A stretch of DNA of 64,000 nt, taken from Pelomyxa schiedti (Eukaryota > Protista > Evosea). Made by a program: the position numbers and the translations under genes. The DNA is taken from contig JAHLWZ010000867.1 in the NCBI GenBank assembly GCA_020536535.1, forward strand, positions 1 through 64,000. The letters run 5' to 3'. Shown piece after piece: positions 27,501 to 38,111 of the stretch; position 1 is the first letter of the stretch; each line of letters opens with the position of its first letter. The notes under the pieces were generated by a model that ran no database searches, was not told where the DNA came from, and was given only the letters and a program-made list of their open reading frames with translations.

Positions 27501-27925
27501 TTAACCCTAGGATGGTGTTCCTGAATGGCGTTGGACTAACAACAGGCCACCCAGTGTTTGTCAATGGCCAATGGGTTCGCAGTTGTGATATAGCACCCCC
27601 AATACTTCTCCGTGAACATCAGCTAAATCTGGAATCGAATGAAGATTTGATCTACAACTTTGTGCTTGAAGGTGGCCCATTGGTAAGCTTTCAGTGGTTC
27701 TAGACTAGATTTAATCTGAGCAAAGGTGAGCGACCACAGTGTAATTCTGAATGGACTTTTGGTGTGCACCCTTGGTAAAGATTGTGGCGACACATTCCGG
27801 ATCAGGCACCCACAGGCCGACTCCAAGTATGGTCCACTGCAAAAACGGCAACTTATTTTCTTTAAATTCTTAGGTACGGAACTGGATTTTGGGTCACCTA
27901 CGTTCCTTGTGAGCTCCATACTTAG
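24556..27925 (+). CDS. Multidomain protein: degenerate Rho-like GTPase, Kelch repeats, F-box, C-terminal Vint-type Hint domain
   Basis: Spliced reading: CVVVSGHWHVGK|RTL, SAFLLCISV, PIILVALRADL, FVQLSCKTGHNL (Rho-like). Kelch YGHT...FFFGG, VFLFGG, LFLFGG, PRYHH...YILGG...DLWEYD. F-box LALDTWIYLLSFLELPDLCRLSQ|TCKAF...DEVWK. Hint CFLGNAFILMGD..R|LVHSVRPGDLV...LTTGHPVF...W...IYNFVLEGG..HSVILNGLLVCTLG. Confidence 0.85.
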
Positions 27926-28121
27926 GCAAGTGTTCTCAACAACTAATTTATTGGGTGGCAAGTGTGGCGAGGTGTGATGAATTTCTATGCGAGCTATCAT
28001 ATTCCCCGTTTCCCCTGCGCCACAGCAAGTAAAAAGAACACAAAAGTATCCTTTCGTTTTTTTTCTGAACAAATGTTGTGTTTTTGGAAGAGTTTTTGAC
28101 AGTGACAACGATGAGAGCAAC

Positions 28122-31009
28122 TTAATGTCCAAGGGGGTTGAGTCTGGGGACTTTGGGAGAGGGTCCTGTTGGGACCGCAGTATCAAGTGCACAACAGCTG
28201 ACGGTCGCGGTGGTTGTTGGGGACTGGGAGCATGGGTGGGGCAGTAGTGGTATGAGGAATCCATCTTTGTCTTTTACCGCTCTTTGATAATGAACTGCGG
28301 TTGTGGACTTCTGGGAAATGGTAGAAACAGCGGCACTGGTAGTCCCACAGCATTGTTGTAAAGGTGCAACGGTTCTGCGATGCCGCCCATAAGGAGCCCT
28401 GGTTGCTGGGATGTTATTGGTGACTCTGGTTGGAGCAGGGTTGTAAACACGGCTGCAGAGTGATTCATTTTTAGCTTCCGAGATGACCATCCTCAGGTAT
28501 CTGCGTGCTTTTTCTCTGAAGATTTCGACACTTGCTGGATCAGGGTGCCTGGCAAGAACATCCTCGGCTCCACGATGCAGGAACTCAAGCAGCTTCGGAA
28601 CCATGGTTTCACAGGAGCATATCTCCAACAGCCATTCAAAAATGGATGGTAATCCCGTTGCTTCGTCAATGCTGAAGTACTTTCCAGACCGGCCGAGGTC
28701 GACAAAGACAGCATCAGACACCATTTCAACTGTCAGAAAGTTGTCCGCATACTCGGCAACCGTATCGGCAAGATATTTGTTGGGCATCTCATCGCCAAGG
28801 TCAATGCAGCTCAGAAGATAAAGCGTTACCACCCACACGTTTCGTGCTCTGAAAAGTGCCATCTCAAGCTCGAGGGCAGGGAATGACTGGGCTACTGGAG
28901 AGAGAATAACCTCAAGTGCAAGGATATGTTTGTTGAGCTTCCGATATCCGATTGCGAAGCGGCCTCCCCCACCCTTCTTGGGGTACGGTCGCAACGTTAG
29001 GAGGGCTTGAAAGAAGATGATGGGCCACTGAACCATTTTCCAGTGAAAGAGGTCGTTGTTGTGCAACCACAGCAGTGCCTCACAATTTACCCCCCTTTTG
29101 ATCAACTCCCAAAGAACAGCATTCATCTTGAACCCAGGGTCGCCAGTTTGTGGGTTCCCCACTGCCTCGGCTCTCACAAAGGGAAGCAAAGCATCAGCCA
29201 CCTTGAAACTTTTTGATGACACCAAGTAGTGGGAAATTGAGTCCTCCTCTATTGAGCCAAGCACCTCCCTCGGTACTCCAATGAAGTCCTCGGATAACTT
29301 GTGAAAGTGTCTCAGAGCTACTGGTGTCAGAGCGGAGACAAGCAGATCAGACAAAGATCCCTTTATTTCTGCAATAAACTCCGGCTGCGTGAGCATAAAA
29401 TTCAAGACCGAGTCGTTGTTGAATGTGCACGCCGTTTTTAGGAGTCCAGAAACTGTTCCTGCGGGGAGCGGTGCGGTGTGCTTTCGCCAACGCACAAGTA
29501 TTTCCTCGAAAATAGTCTCCGCTTCATTGGTGTTGTGTCTCGCAATGTTGTACAGGAGGTTGGGAATACTCTCTTGGATACCTTCCTCACCGCCACGTAC
29601 CTCTGGGCTGAGAATATGTTTCAACGTGACCCACATTCCAGCAAAAGCAGCCGCCAACGCGATCGTTGGTTTCACGAACGGGGGCCATCTACGTGTCCAA
29701 AATTCCACAGGAATTTGTGCCGAATCCCAGCGTGTGGGGTCAGCAGCAACCATGTCGAGGATCGCATTGCATGCGGTTCTGAAGGTCTTCTCAGTCGTAC
29801 ACGCTGATTTAAGCACGGAGGTGCTGAAGCTTATCAAGGGGTAGGTTGACGTCCTTGGTACTGCATTCAAAAGCAGTTGACAAACTTCTGGGTGCTCCCC
29901 CGTTGCGGCACTGCAGAAAGCACTTGTCTTGAGTGTATGGGTGACATCATCATAAAGGAGTTGGGCTCCTACTGGCAGGGCCAGTATGGTCTCTATCAAC
30001 GGGGAAGCTCCTGTGAAACTTGCAATTTCAAGCAACTCTCCAACTTGTGGGATGTCATTGATCAGCGTGCATACAATAAGGGTGGAAACCAGCTGTGTCA
30101 TTCGCACTCCAAGCTGTGATACTTCCTTTTGGGTTTTTGCCCTTAGCATCGACTGCCTCGCAACGGAAATTCCCATGCAAATGGCCACGCGGAGGTTCTT
30201 GTGATTCCTATTCTGGAGGCCAAAGTCATCATGGCCACCCGCAGTCGTCAACACAGGCAGGACCGAGACCTCCCTCTGCCACGCATCAAGGAACTCATTC
30301 TGTCCGTGGGCGATGGCGTAAAGAAATGCACCTGTGGAAACTTGTCAGTGATACAACAAGCACTGAAGAATGCAAAGAAACCTGGTGTGGCGCTCGGAAA
30401 GCAGTGAAACCGGGATCTGTACATTGGCAACAAGCACTTGATCGCCACGTCTGGGGTCCCATGTGTGGCACACACGTTGATCATGTTGGAGATACTCCCC
30501 ACTCTGCTATTGAGCCACTTGATCGCCTTGCCCAGGCCAAAAGGATAGAATACTTCCGCCATCTTCACAACAAACATGATCTGGTCACTTTTAAAGTGCA
30601 TCAGGTGTGCAACTGCCCATGTTGTCCTCCATTGAAGAGATTGCCTTTTCCTCTTGCAGTCACAGAATGCCTCTGGAACGTCTGTGAGTTTCCGTTTTCT
30701 ATCTTGCTTCCCGAAAAGTGTTCTGTATACAATTCGCCACATGGTGTCAATTTGAAAGAGAGTCTGACCAAAAGCCCGTTTGCTCTGCGATTTCTTCCTC
30801 TCACAACCAGCGCTTCTGATTTGTGTTGTTATTGCGATGTCAAGTTGTTTGGAAAGTACACACCCATTATCAGCCTGAACTGTTGCCAACACGGCCTCCT
30901 TGGAATCACCAACAAGAGGTGAGACTGCTGTTCCAGTCGTGATCGACCTAGACTCCGTGCTTCTGTTTTTGTTTTGTAGTTAGTACCTCTGTGTTGTTGA
31001 TGTATGCAT
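28122..31009 (-). CDS. Large alpha-helical, possibly divergent ankyrin-like hypothetical protein (~940 aa, 2 short introns)
   Basis: ORFs 30248-30892 and 28122-30254 join in frame through a 32-nt GT-AG intron (...FPQ|NEFLDAW...). Ankyrin-like segments AFCSAATGEHPEVCQLLL and LLKTACTFNNDSVLNFML. Confidence 0.7.
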
Positions 31010-31585
31010 GTTAATTGCTAGCATTTTACTTAAAAATAATGCAACTGAAACGCACAGAGTCCCCTGTGTCGGCATCTCACCGCCGACGTTGTTTTGGTTC
31101 ATGCTTCGTGGTTCGTGGTTCGACACGAGTGTCCGGGAAAGCGTGTCTTTGCTGGAATGATGGAGAACGGCCACTAAATTTAGCCTCAATTGGATCTGCT
31201 CGGGGCACTCGGCCTCCTGGTCGTTAGGGGCCCAGTACACCTAGAACTACCCGACCACCAATACCGGACAGCAGACTGCACTCTACTAGAGAGTAGAGTT
31301 GCGGGCCTTCACATTTTCCTCCTCCCACAATTTAGTCTACGGACAGAATCGGGAAGTTTTTCTACTCCGAAGAGACACATAAATTTGTGGAGTGTGGGAG
31401 ATTGGGCAGAATTGTGACCGGGTCAGGTGTCCGCATCTGATTTCGCATTGCAATTCCCCCCATTGCCCACACTCCCCACTCACCTACCCCTTAATACAAT
31501 AACCAAATCCAAAACAACAATTTTTTTGTGTTTTTTTTCCTACTGGCCAATGGTACGCAATGTAATTGTATTTACACGGTGGCAC

Positions 31586-32387
31586 TCAACATATACAACA
31601 ATCATCCCCTGTTTTGCGTGTGGTATTGCTCTTGGTTGGTTTTGTTGGCTTTGTTGGTTTTCCTGCTTTTGTTGTGGTTGTTGTAGTGCTCTTTGAGGGT
31701 GTTGGCTTTTTTTTTGTTGTGTTGGGTGCTGCCTTGCTTGCTCCCTTTTTGGGTGCACACGAGTGATCATCTGGAAACCGGTGCCTGCAGAAAGTACAGT
31801 AAGTGGGCAGAAATTCCGTTATGAAATACTTCAGGCAAAAGTTCAAGTTGCATTTCGGACAGAGGCAAGAAATGTTCCCGATAGATGTGTTGCACCCAGT
31901 AGCAGCACATTTATGCTGTGCTGGGCGATTTTTACAAGCACCCTGGTCCATGTGCTCCCAAACCTATTACGAACAAGAAAAAGGAAATGAAAGAGGAAAA
32001 GGCCAATTCTTCGTGAATGTTAGGAAGCTAAACGTGTGTGGGAGAGTAAGAAGATCGAAACGAGAAGGAATTCCATACGACTTTATTATGGTCACTATCG
32101 GCAGTAGTCGGCAAAGTGGCCCCACAAGCTGGACAAAAAATAGCAATTTTATTAACCGAGGAAGCAAATTGGCAGTGATGTGCATCACTTGATCTGTTAT
32201 ATTCTTAACAACGCACAGCACTAACTAAACTGATAAAAACTTCTCGTATAACACGCGAGGGGAAAAAAAAAAACCTGTGGTCGGAACAAAATTGATGGTG
32301 GCACAGTTCACAAGTGAAAGGAAGATAATCCTGTCTCATGCACGTCTCAACTGCACATCGCGCCCCGATACCACAAAATTCAACCAT
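31586..32387 (-). CDS. AN1-type zinc-finger protein (ZFAND2/AIRAP-like) with a Cys-rich C-terminal lipidation motif
   Basis: GARCAVETCMRQDYLPFTCELCHHQFCSDHR; second AN1 C...CPKCNLNFCLK|HRFPDDHSC; ends DDCCIC*. Confidence 0.9.
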
Positions 32388-32554
32388 CTCTGATTGACTG
32401 AGTTCGCAGAAGTCACACAGAATGAAATGTTTTCTTCTTGTTCTCAAAGGGGTTCTGAACCCCAGTTATTTCAACCTTCACTGCACCCCAGCATAACACC
32501 TCTACCAATCACAATCCACAACTACAAATTTTTTTTGAACGATACAGCTTCAAG

Positions 32555-33575
32555 TTAAGAGTTTGATTCTTCGGACCTGGGAAGAAATAAGTATGCTGGT
32601 TTCATTTTTGATTTTGAACTCACTTTCTATAAGATTGCAGCATGAACTGAGTTGTGCGTTCGAAAACATCTTCGACATGAAAGCCACTTTTTTGTGGGTA
32701 AGGAGACAGAAACGACTTGTTTTTCTCACCTGGCAGCACTGGTTTCACAATATTCCATTCCTTTTAAGAAAATCAGGAAGAAAAGTTGAGAGGGTAAAAG
32801 AAAAACCAAATTGCTTGGCAAAATTACTGGCTTCCTCATAGCTCACTTCTCTTTTGTCAAGATCAGACTTGGTACCCACCAGAATTACGGCAACTCCCTC
32901 TTGGCAGAGGTTTTGCACTTCTGATTGCCAGTGGGGAATGGCTTGAAATGAAGGCCGGCTTTGCACAGTGTTGATCATTATAAGAATCAAGTGTACAATT
33001 GGAACGACCTGCTTACATCGTAGCACATCAGAATACCTGAAATTACATCAGTGTACAACTGTGGCAATTGCAAGAGGTACCCTTAGAACCCCTGAAATAC
33101 GCTCGAACTATTGAACTGAGCCAATTAGTAAATGCACCATGACATTGTATGTGTGTGACTTACCGGAATCTCTCTCTACCAGCAAGGTCCTGGAATGTTA
33201 TCAAGAGTGTTGAAAGGGTGGGTTGAGTGAATGTTGATATTCGATTTGTGCACTGTGATTGTTGGATGTATACCCATATTTGCAACTTCACTGATTGCCC
33301 CTCAACACTTAACATTTTACTTGCAAATTCCACACCCACAGTGAGCTCCCTACTTGGTGAGACTGCAGTGTTGTATTTCGTTCGTTAGCAAAAAGGAACT
33401 TCCAGGCGGGGAAAAAAACCGCCCACTCACACGTTTTCTCCACAAATTGTCCCAACAAAGAACTCTTGCCAACTCCACTGTCTCCTGCATCAAAGAATTA
33501 AACAATCATAAGCAATTATTTGGCAATAAATTGACCAATGATGAGGCACTTAAACACCAGGTAGTCCCCTGCCAT
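32555..33575 (-). CDS. Divergent Rab-family GTPase
   Basis: Spliced reading: FKCLIIGDSGVGKSSL, TVGVEF, VKLQIW|DLAGRERFR|SIVRAYFRG, ILVGTKSDL, YCETSAA; ends ...YRKSEESNS*. Confidence 0.88.
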
Positions 33576-33872
33576 CACTAAAAAAGTGAAGAAAAAGTTC
33601 AAAGCAGACTTCCACGAGACTCGGCTCTACACCATCTTTTCTTACCCCCAATCATTTGGGTTGATGGGGTTTGCTCAGGCTGAGGTTCAGCATCTCACTT
33701 GAGTTCTGCACAGTGCACTCATTGAGAATCTGGATCTTCTGAATGATCAAGCAGAATCGCACGTATTTTGAAAAGTCTGCAGACTTCCTGGAATGCAAGG
33801 AAGAGGCACACCATTTTAGTTTCGAAACAGAAGTTTCCTAAACCGAAAAAACAACAAGAAAACAACAAACGG

Positions 33873-34925
33873 ATGAGCACCACTGTGCCAGAAACCCTTC
33901 CAATTCTGCCAACCACATGGGCAAATGGCCCATTACGATTCACTCTAGAACAGAGGGGAATGAAGCTTACGATCCACATTTCTCACAGACCAGATGCCCA
34001 CGGTCACCTGGTTGTCGACAACGAGACCGGCGAGACGCTGATGTACGTCCACTTCCCAGACCACGCAGTCTTCAAGGGCGAGGTGTCCAAGGACCTGCAC
34101 ACTATAAGTTGGAACAACAACAAGACCGTATGGCAGCACACACCTGAGCCAGTAGTCGAGCCACTACAAGGACGCCTGCAGCCGGTCCAGCTTGGCGCAC
34201 TGACGGCAACCGGGGAGAACCGCGTTGGGTGGAGGTTGGCCTTTGACAGTGTCACAGGGAAAGTGTACCTTGACGAGGAGATAACCCACGAGGGATTGGC
34301 CGAGTACCCGGACATCCAGAGTTTCTACACACAGAAGAACATGAGGCGCTTCAACATAGTGCCTTGCCCAGACTGGTCGTATATCGCCGCCGTGAACGGG
34401 TACCTTTACTGCAACCTGGATAGGAGTGCCACACTAACAAAGTGCCGCGCCTCGGATGGGAAATTGGTGGCCGCAAGAGAGCTCCCGAATGCCGCGCACT
34501 CAAGCAAGGGAGGATGGAAAGACGAGAAGTGCGATATTTGCTGGTACAGTGACATCGGGAATGTCTTGTATGTGCTCTATGCCGCGGCAGACGACGGCCA
34601 AATCCGCATTTCGAGGATGGATCCCGAGTCGCTCTGTGTGTTGCAGACATGGGTGGTCCCGCTCGCGAAGAGACAGATGGGCTTCGCGTTTGTTGTGTGT
34701 GGCAAGTTTTACTTGGGCACGCACCCTGGAAAGGACATCGTGGCCACGTACGATACAGTCACTGGAATCTTCGACGACACGTATCGCAACACCCTGCCCA
34801 CTGGCGGCCTATACGTGTCTTGCACATGCTGGATCCCCTCCACCAATCAACTCATAGTCTCTGACATCGACCTGCCCCATTTCCCTCGTCGTGTGCGTGT
34901 CTTTGACAACGCCACTGCCCCCTGA
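33873..34925 (+). CDS. Olfactomedin-like (OLF) beta-propeller protein with a small N-terminal beta domain; intronless
   Basis: GYLYCN..SATLTK....GKLVAARELPNA...GGW....DICWYSD..VLYVLYAA..DGQIRISRMDPESLCVLQTW..PLAKRQMGFAFVVCGKFY follows the OLF consensus (DIDLAVDE.GLWVIY...G.IVLSKL.P.L....TW.T...K....NAF.ICG.LY). Confidence 0.8.
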   Translation: MSTTVPETLPILPTTWANGPLRFTLEQRGMKLTIHISHRPDAHGHLVVDNETGETLMYVHFPDHAVFKGEVSKDLHTISWNNNKTVWQHTPEPVVEPLQGRLQPVQLGALTATGENRVGWRLAFDSVTGKVYLDEEITHEGLAEYPDIQSFYTQKNMRRFNIVPCPDWSYIAAVNGYLYCNLDRSATLTKCRASDGKLVAARELPNAAHSSKGGWKDEKCDICWYSDIGNVLYVLYAAADDGQIRISRMDPESLCVLQTWVVPLAKRQMGFAFVVCGKFYLGTHPGKDIVATYDTVTGIFDDTYRNTLPTGGLYVSCTCWIPSTNQLIVSDIDLPHFPRRVRVFDNATAP

Positions 34926-35219
34926 ACCCCGTAGGACACCAATTTGGTGGGTTCAAGACGTTGCAATAACAATTTAAGGGAAAATTTAAAAGAAAACCAC
35001 ATCAAAAAATTTTGGCGGTATGAACCAGATACCGCTCTCATTAGGAGTCCAATCATGAGGACTCCTTTTCTTCTTGTAACCGTGGTTTTAGGGCGCAGGG
35101 AGTGTATTCGACGACAACTAGTTCATTGGAGTGTTGATGTAGCTACAACATCAAGGTAACAGATTTTCCTTCTTAATTAAAAAGGGAATGTTGTTGTTGA
35201 GCGAGCCAGAAAGCTCCTT

Positions 35220-36758
35220 TTAGTGGTTGGGAAACAAAAAGGGCACGAGGGTGGGATAAATGTCGGGCCAGAAGACATCACCGCTGACGGAGAGGTACTG
35301 CAACCTGGCTTGTGCACTCAAGACCCCGAGCAATGCTGCCCTGCGGTAAATTGCAAACGCCCTGGATGCATCCTTTTCAACCCCAGCTTGCGGGTCTCCC
35401 AGTTCATATGCTTTGCCCGTAAGTAGGAGCACGGCCGCTCTTCCATTGTCATAAAGCTTGTTGTAATATGCCTCTGCTTTGGCCAAGTCCTTTGGAACGC
35501 CTTCACCATATTCATAGCACAACGCAACATAAGCCGCAGCGGTGAGTTGCCCTGCTTCATCAGCCCTCTTGAAATATGAAAAGGCGAGCTCAGGGTCTTT
35601 GTCAACCAATTTCCCGAACTTTGTCAACAGTCCAAGGCTCTCCAATGCCTCAGGTGAACCCCTCTCTGCTGCGTTCTTGATCTCAACGACTCTCTCGCGG
35701 TAGCAGGAATCGTCGGGCATTTCTTGGCGATTCATGTGAGCAAGATCACTCTTCGCTTCCAAATCTCCCGCGTCAGCAGCTTTCTGAAGCAATTCAACAC
35801 CTTTGGCTGGGTCTTTGGGAACTCTGAAACCATTTAAGAAGCGGTTTCCCAGTTTGGTCATTGCTGGTGGATATCCTCCCTTTGCAGAACACTCCAGCAG
35901 AGACTGTGCCTTCTTCATATCCAGCGGGACATCCTCACCAAGTTCATGCATCTGGGACAGTGTGAACATAGAACTCAGCTCTCCTGAGTCTGCTGCTTGT
36001 TGGAGCCATTCAACTGCTTTTCTGACGTCTTTCTTCACACCATCCCCACGCAGATAATGGTTGCCCAATGTGACCATTGCCTTGAGACTCCCGACATCTG
36101 CAGCCTCCTGATACAGAATCAATGCCTTCGCCGTGTCCTTTGGCACAGCAATCCCATCCAGATAAAAATCAGCGAGGTCGCACTTTGACACAGCATATCC
36201 ATTGTTGGCAGCCTTCTCAAACAATTGGAACGCCCTTTGCAAGTCTTTGGCAACTCCCATCCCCAGTTGAAAACAGCGAGCGAGCGTATGAAGTGCCTCG
36301 AGTTTTCCAGCAGCAGCAGCCTTTTCAAGAAGAGGAACAGCTTTTGTTGGGTCTCGTGCAACACCAACACCATCCCAGAAGCACCCTGCGAGATTGAATG
36401 TGGCGCCAACGTGATCGCGAGCAGCGGCGCTCTCAAAACACTTGAAAGCAGCAGCGGGATCCTTTTCCACGCCTTGTCCATCTCGATACATCACGCCGAT
36501 TGTGTTGAGGGAGTCAACGTCACCCAAGTCAGAAGCCATCTTGAAGTATTTGAACGCCCTTGCGTGATCGACGGCGACGCCCCATCCCTTGTGCAGGTAC
36601 GTGCCCATCTTCTTCATCGCGCTGACGTTGCCAGATTCAGCCTCCGCGATGATCGGTGACAGATCGGGTCTGCGTTTTGACTCGTCACCGCTGTTGTTGT
36701 TTCGGCTCGTTGTTGAGGCCAAGGTAAAGTCGACACTGTTTGTTTTCCTTCCGCTCAT
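35220..36758 (-). CDS. Sel1-like repeat protein, copy B (intronless CDS, 512 aa)
   Basis: Paralog of 14861-16402. Confidence 0.95.
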   Translation of the reverse strand: MSGRKTNSVDFTLASTTSRNNNSGDESKRRPDLSPIIAEAESGNVSAMKKMGTYLHKGWGVAVDHARAFKYFKMASDLGDVDSLNTIGVMYRDGQGVEKDPAAAFKCFESAAARDHVGATFNLAGCFWDGVGVARDPTKAVPLLEKAAAAGKLEALHTLARCFQLGMGVAKDLQRAFQLFEKAANNGYAVSKCDLADFYLDGIAVPKDTAKALILYQEAADVGSLKAMVTLGNHYLRGDGVKKDVRKAVEWLQQAADSGELSSMFTLSQMHELGEDVPLDMKKAQSLLECSAKGGYPPAMTKLGNRFLNGFRVPKDPAKGVELLQKAADAGDLEAKSDLAHMNRQEMPDDSCYRERVVEIKNAAERGSPEALESLGLLTKFGKLVDKDPELAFSYFKRADEAGQLTAAAYVALCYEYGEGVPKDLAKAEAYYNKLYDNGRAAVLLLTGKAYELGDPQAGVEKDASRAFAIYRRAALLGVLSAQARLQYLSVSGDVFWPDIYPTLVPFLFPNH

Positions 36759-36927
36759 CTTTTCCTGTGGTTACTTATATAAGTTGCATGCAGTCACCAC
36801 ACACACCCTTTGTTGTCGATAAGAAGATTACTGTGACGGCACACACTCTCGAGATCCGCACGCGAGTGTCTTGACGATGGTAGTTTGGAATAAAAAAAAA
36901 TACTGTGACAGATGACACTACTAAAAA
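35230..36927. repeat. Dispersed direct duplication, copy B (partner 14874-16535)
   Basis: Near identity to copy A, with about 38 extra nt at 36778-36815. Confidence 0.95.
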
Positions 36928-37099
36928 TATTAGTCATGAAATCTGCATTCCAACTTCTTGTCCTTCCTTCCCTGCTTCTCTCAAGCTCGGGCCGAGCTGA
37001 GGGTTCGGTCTTTGAGCTCTGGACTGAAGCCCAAAACTGGACAATCAAAACCAACTTTTTTCGCTTGAACGATGTTGACAGTCAAATTCCTCCCTGAGA

Positions 37100-38018
37100 A
37101 TGACTACGCCCAAGGTTGTTGTCTACAACGCTGTGTCGGTGGACGGCAGGCTCGATTGGCTGGCCCCCGACGTCATTGGGCCCTACTACCAGATGGCAGC
37201 CACGGTCTGGTCCCCGTTCGACGCAGTCCTGACCACCCCTGACACTCTCAACCCCGCCTACGACAAGCAAGTTGGTGCTGCTTCTTCTTCTGAGAGTTCC
37301 CCCGGCGGCAGCAGCAGCAGCACAAGCAACACTGCATGCACGTGTCCCACGGGTGGGGCAGCCTCGGCGGCGGCGGAGTGGAGGCAGGACGACATCCCGT
37401 CGGTTGAAAAGCGGGGCGGGAAGTGCATTCTGGTGATCATGGACAGCAGGGCCAGGATCAGGCACTGGGACCAACTCAAGACTTCGCCGTGGTGGTCCTA
37501 CATTGTGGTGCTGGCTTCAAATAGGGTATGGAAACATCCCCACCTTCCTTTTTTTTTCTTTTTCATAATCAAATGTTGAGTGAATTTGGCAGACACCAGA
37601 GGAGTATAAAGAATTCTTACACCGAAAGAACATTCCTTGCATTGTTACTGGCGAGACTAACGTAGATATCAGAGCGGCACTGATACATCTTAACAGCAGG
37701 TTATTTCAAATGACCTCACTCTTTATCATTCCTCTTACCTGTCGATTTATTCTCTCGCACTGCAGATTCGGTATCAACAACATAAGGGCAGATTGTGGAG
37801 GCACTTTGAACGGCGTGCTTTTGCGGTGCAACCTAGTCGACGAAGTCGCGGTTCTGTTCGCGCCAACACTTGTGGGAGGCCAGACACACAGCAGCATCTT
37901 CAAGGCGTCAGATGTCACACAGCAGAGCCAAGTGATGGATCTCACTCTCATTGCAACCACACCCACCGAGAGCGGCCTCGTTTTCCTGCGTTACAAAGTG
38001 AAGCCAAAGTCCAGCTAA
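37100..38018 (+). CDS. RibD C-terminal (DHFR-fold) reductase-family protein
   Basis: PKVVVYNAVSVDGRL, LVIMDSRARI, VDIRAALIHL, RADCGGTLNGVLLRCNLVDEVAVLFAPTLVGG, GLVFLRY; two introns. Confidence 0.88.
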
Positions 38019-38111
38019 AGGGGTCCCTTGCCCCTTAGGAAGATCAAAAATGAATCGTCTCATCATTTTTCGGATGAAATCGATTGTCACGGACTTCAAA
38101 AAACGTAAAGA

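Noticed and set aside
27264-27925. Interpretation of the Hint domain as a mobile intein
   Set aside because: It has no homing endonuclease, no terminal His-Asn followed by a substantial C-extein, and it is interrupted by spliceosomal introns. It fits a domesticated Vint-type domain.
32449-32463. Palindrome GGGGTTC-T-GAACCCC upstream of the AN1 gene; also hairpin ACTCTAC..GTAGAGT near 31280-31299
   Set aside because: The arms are 7 bp, each occurs once, and this is expected by chance in 64 kb.
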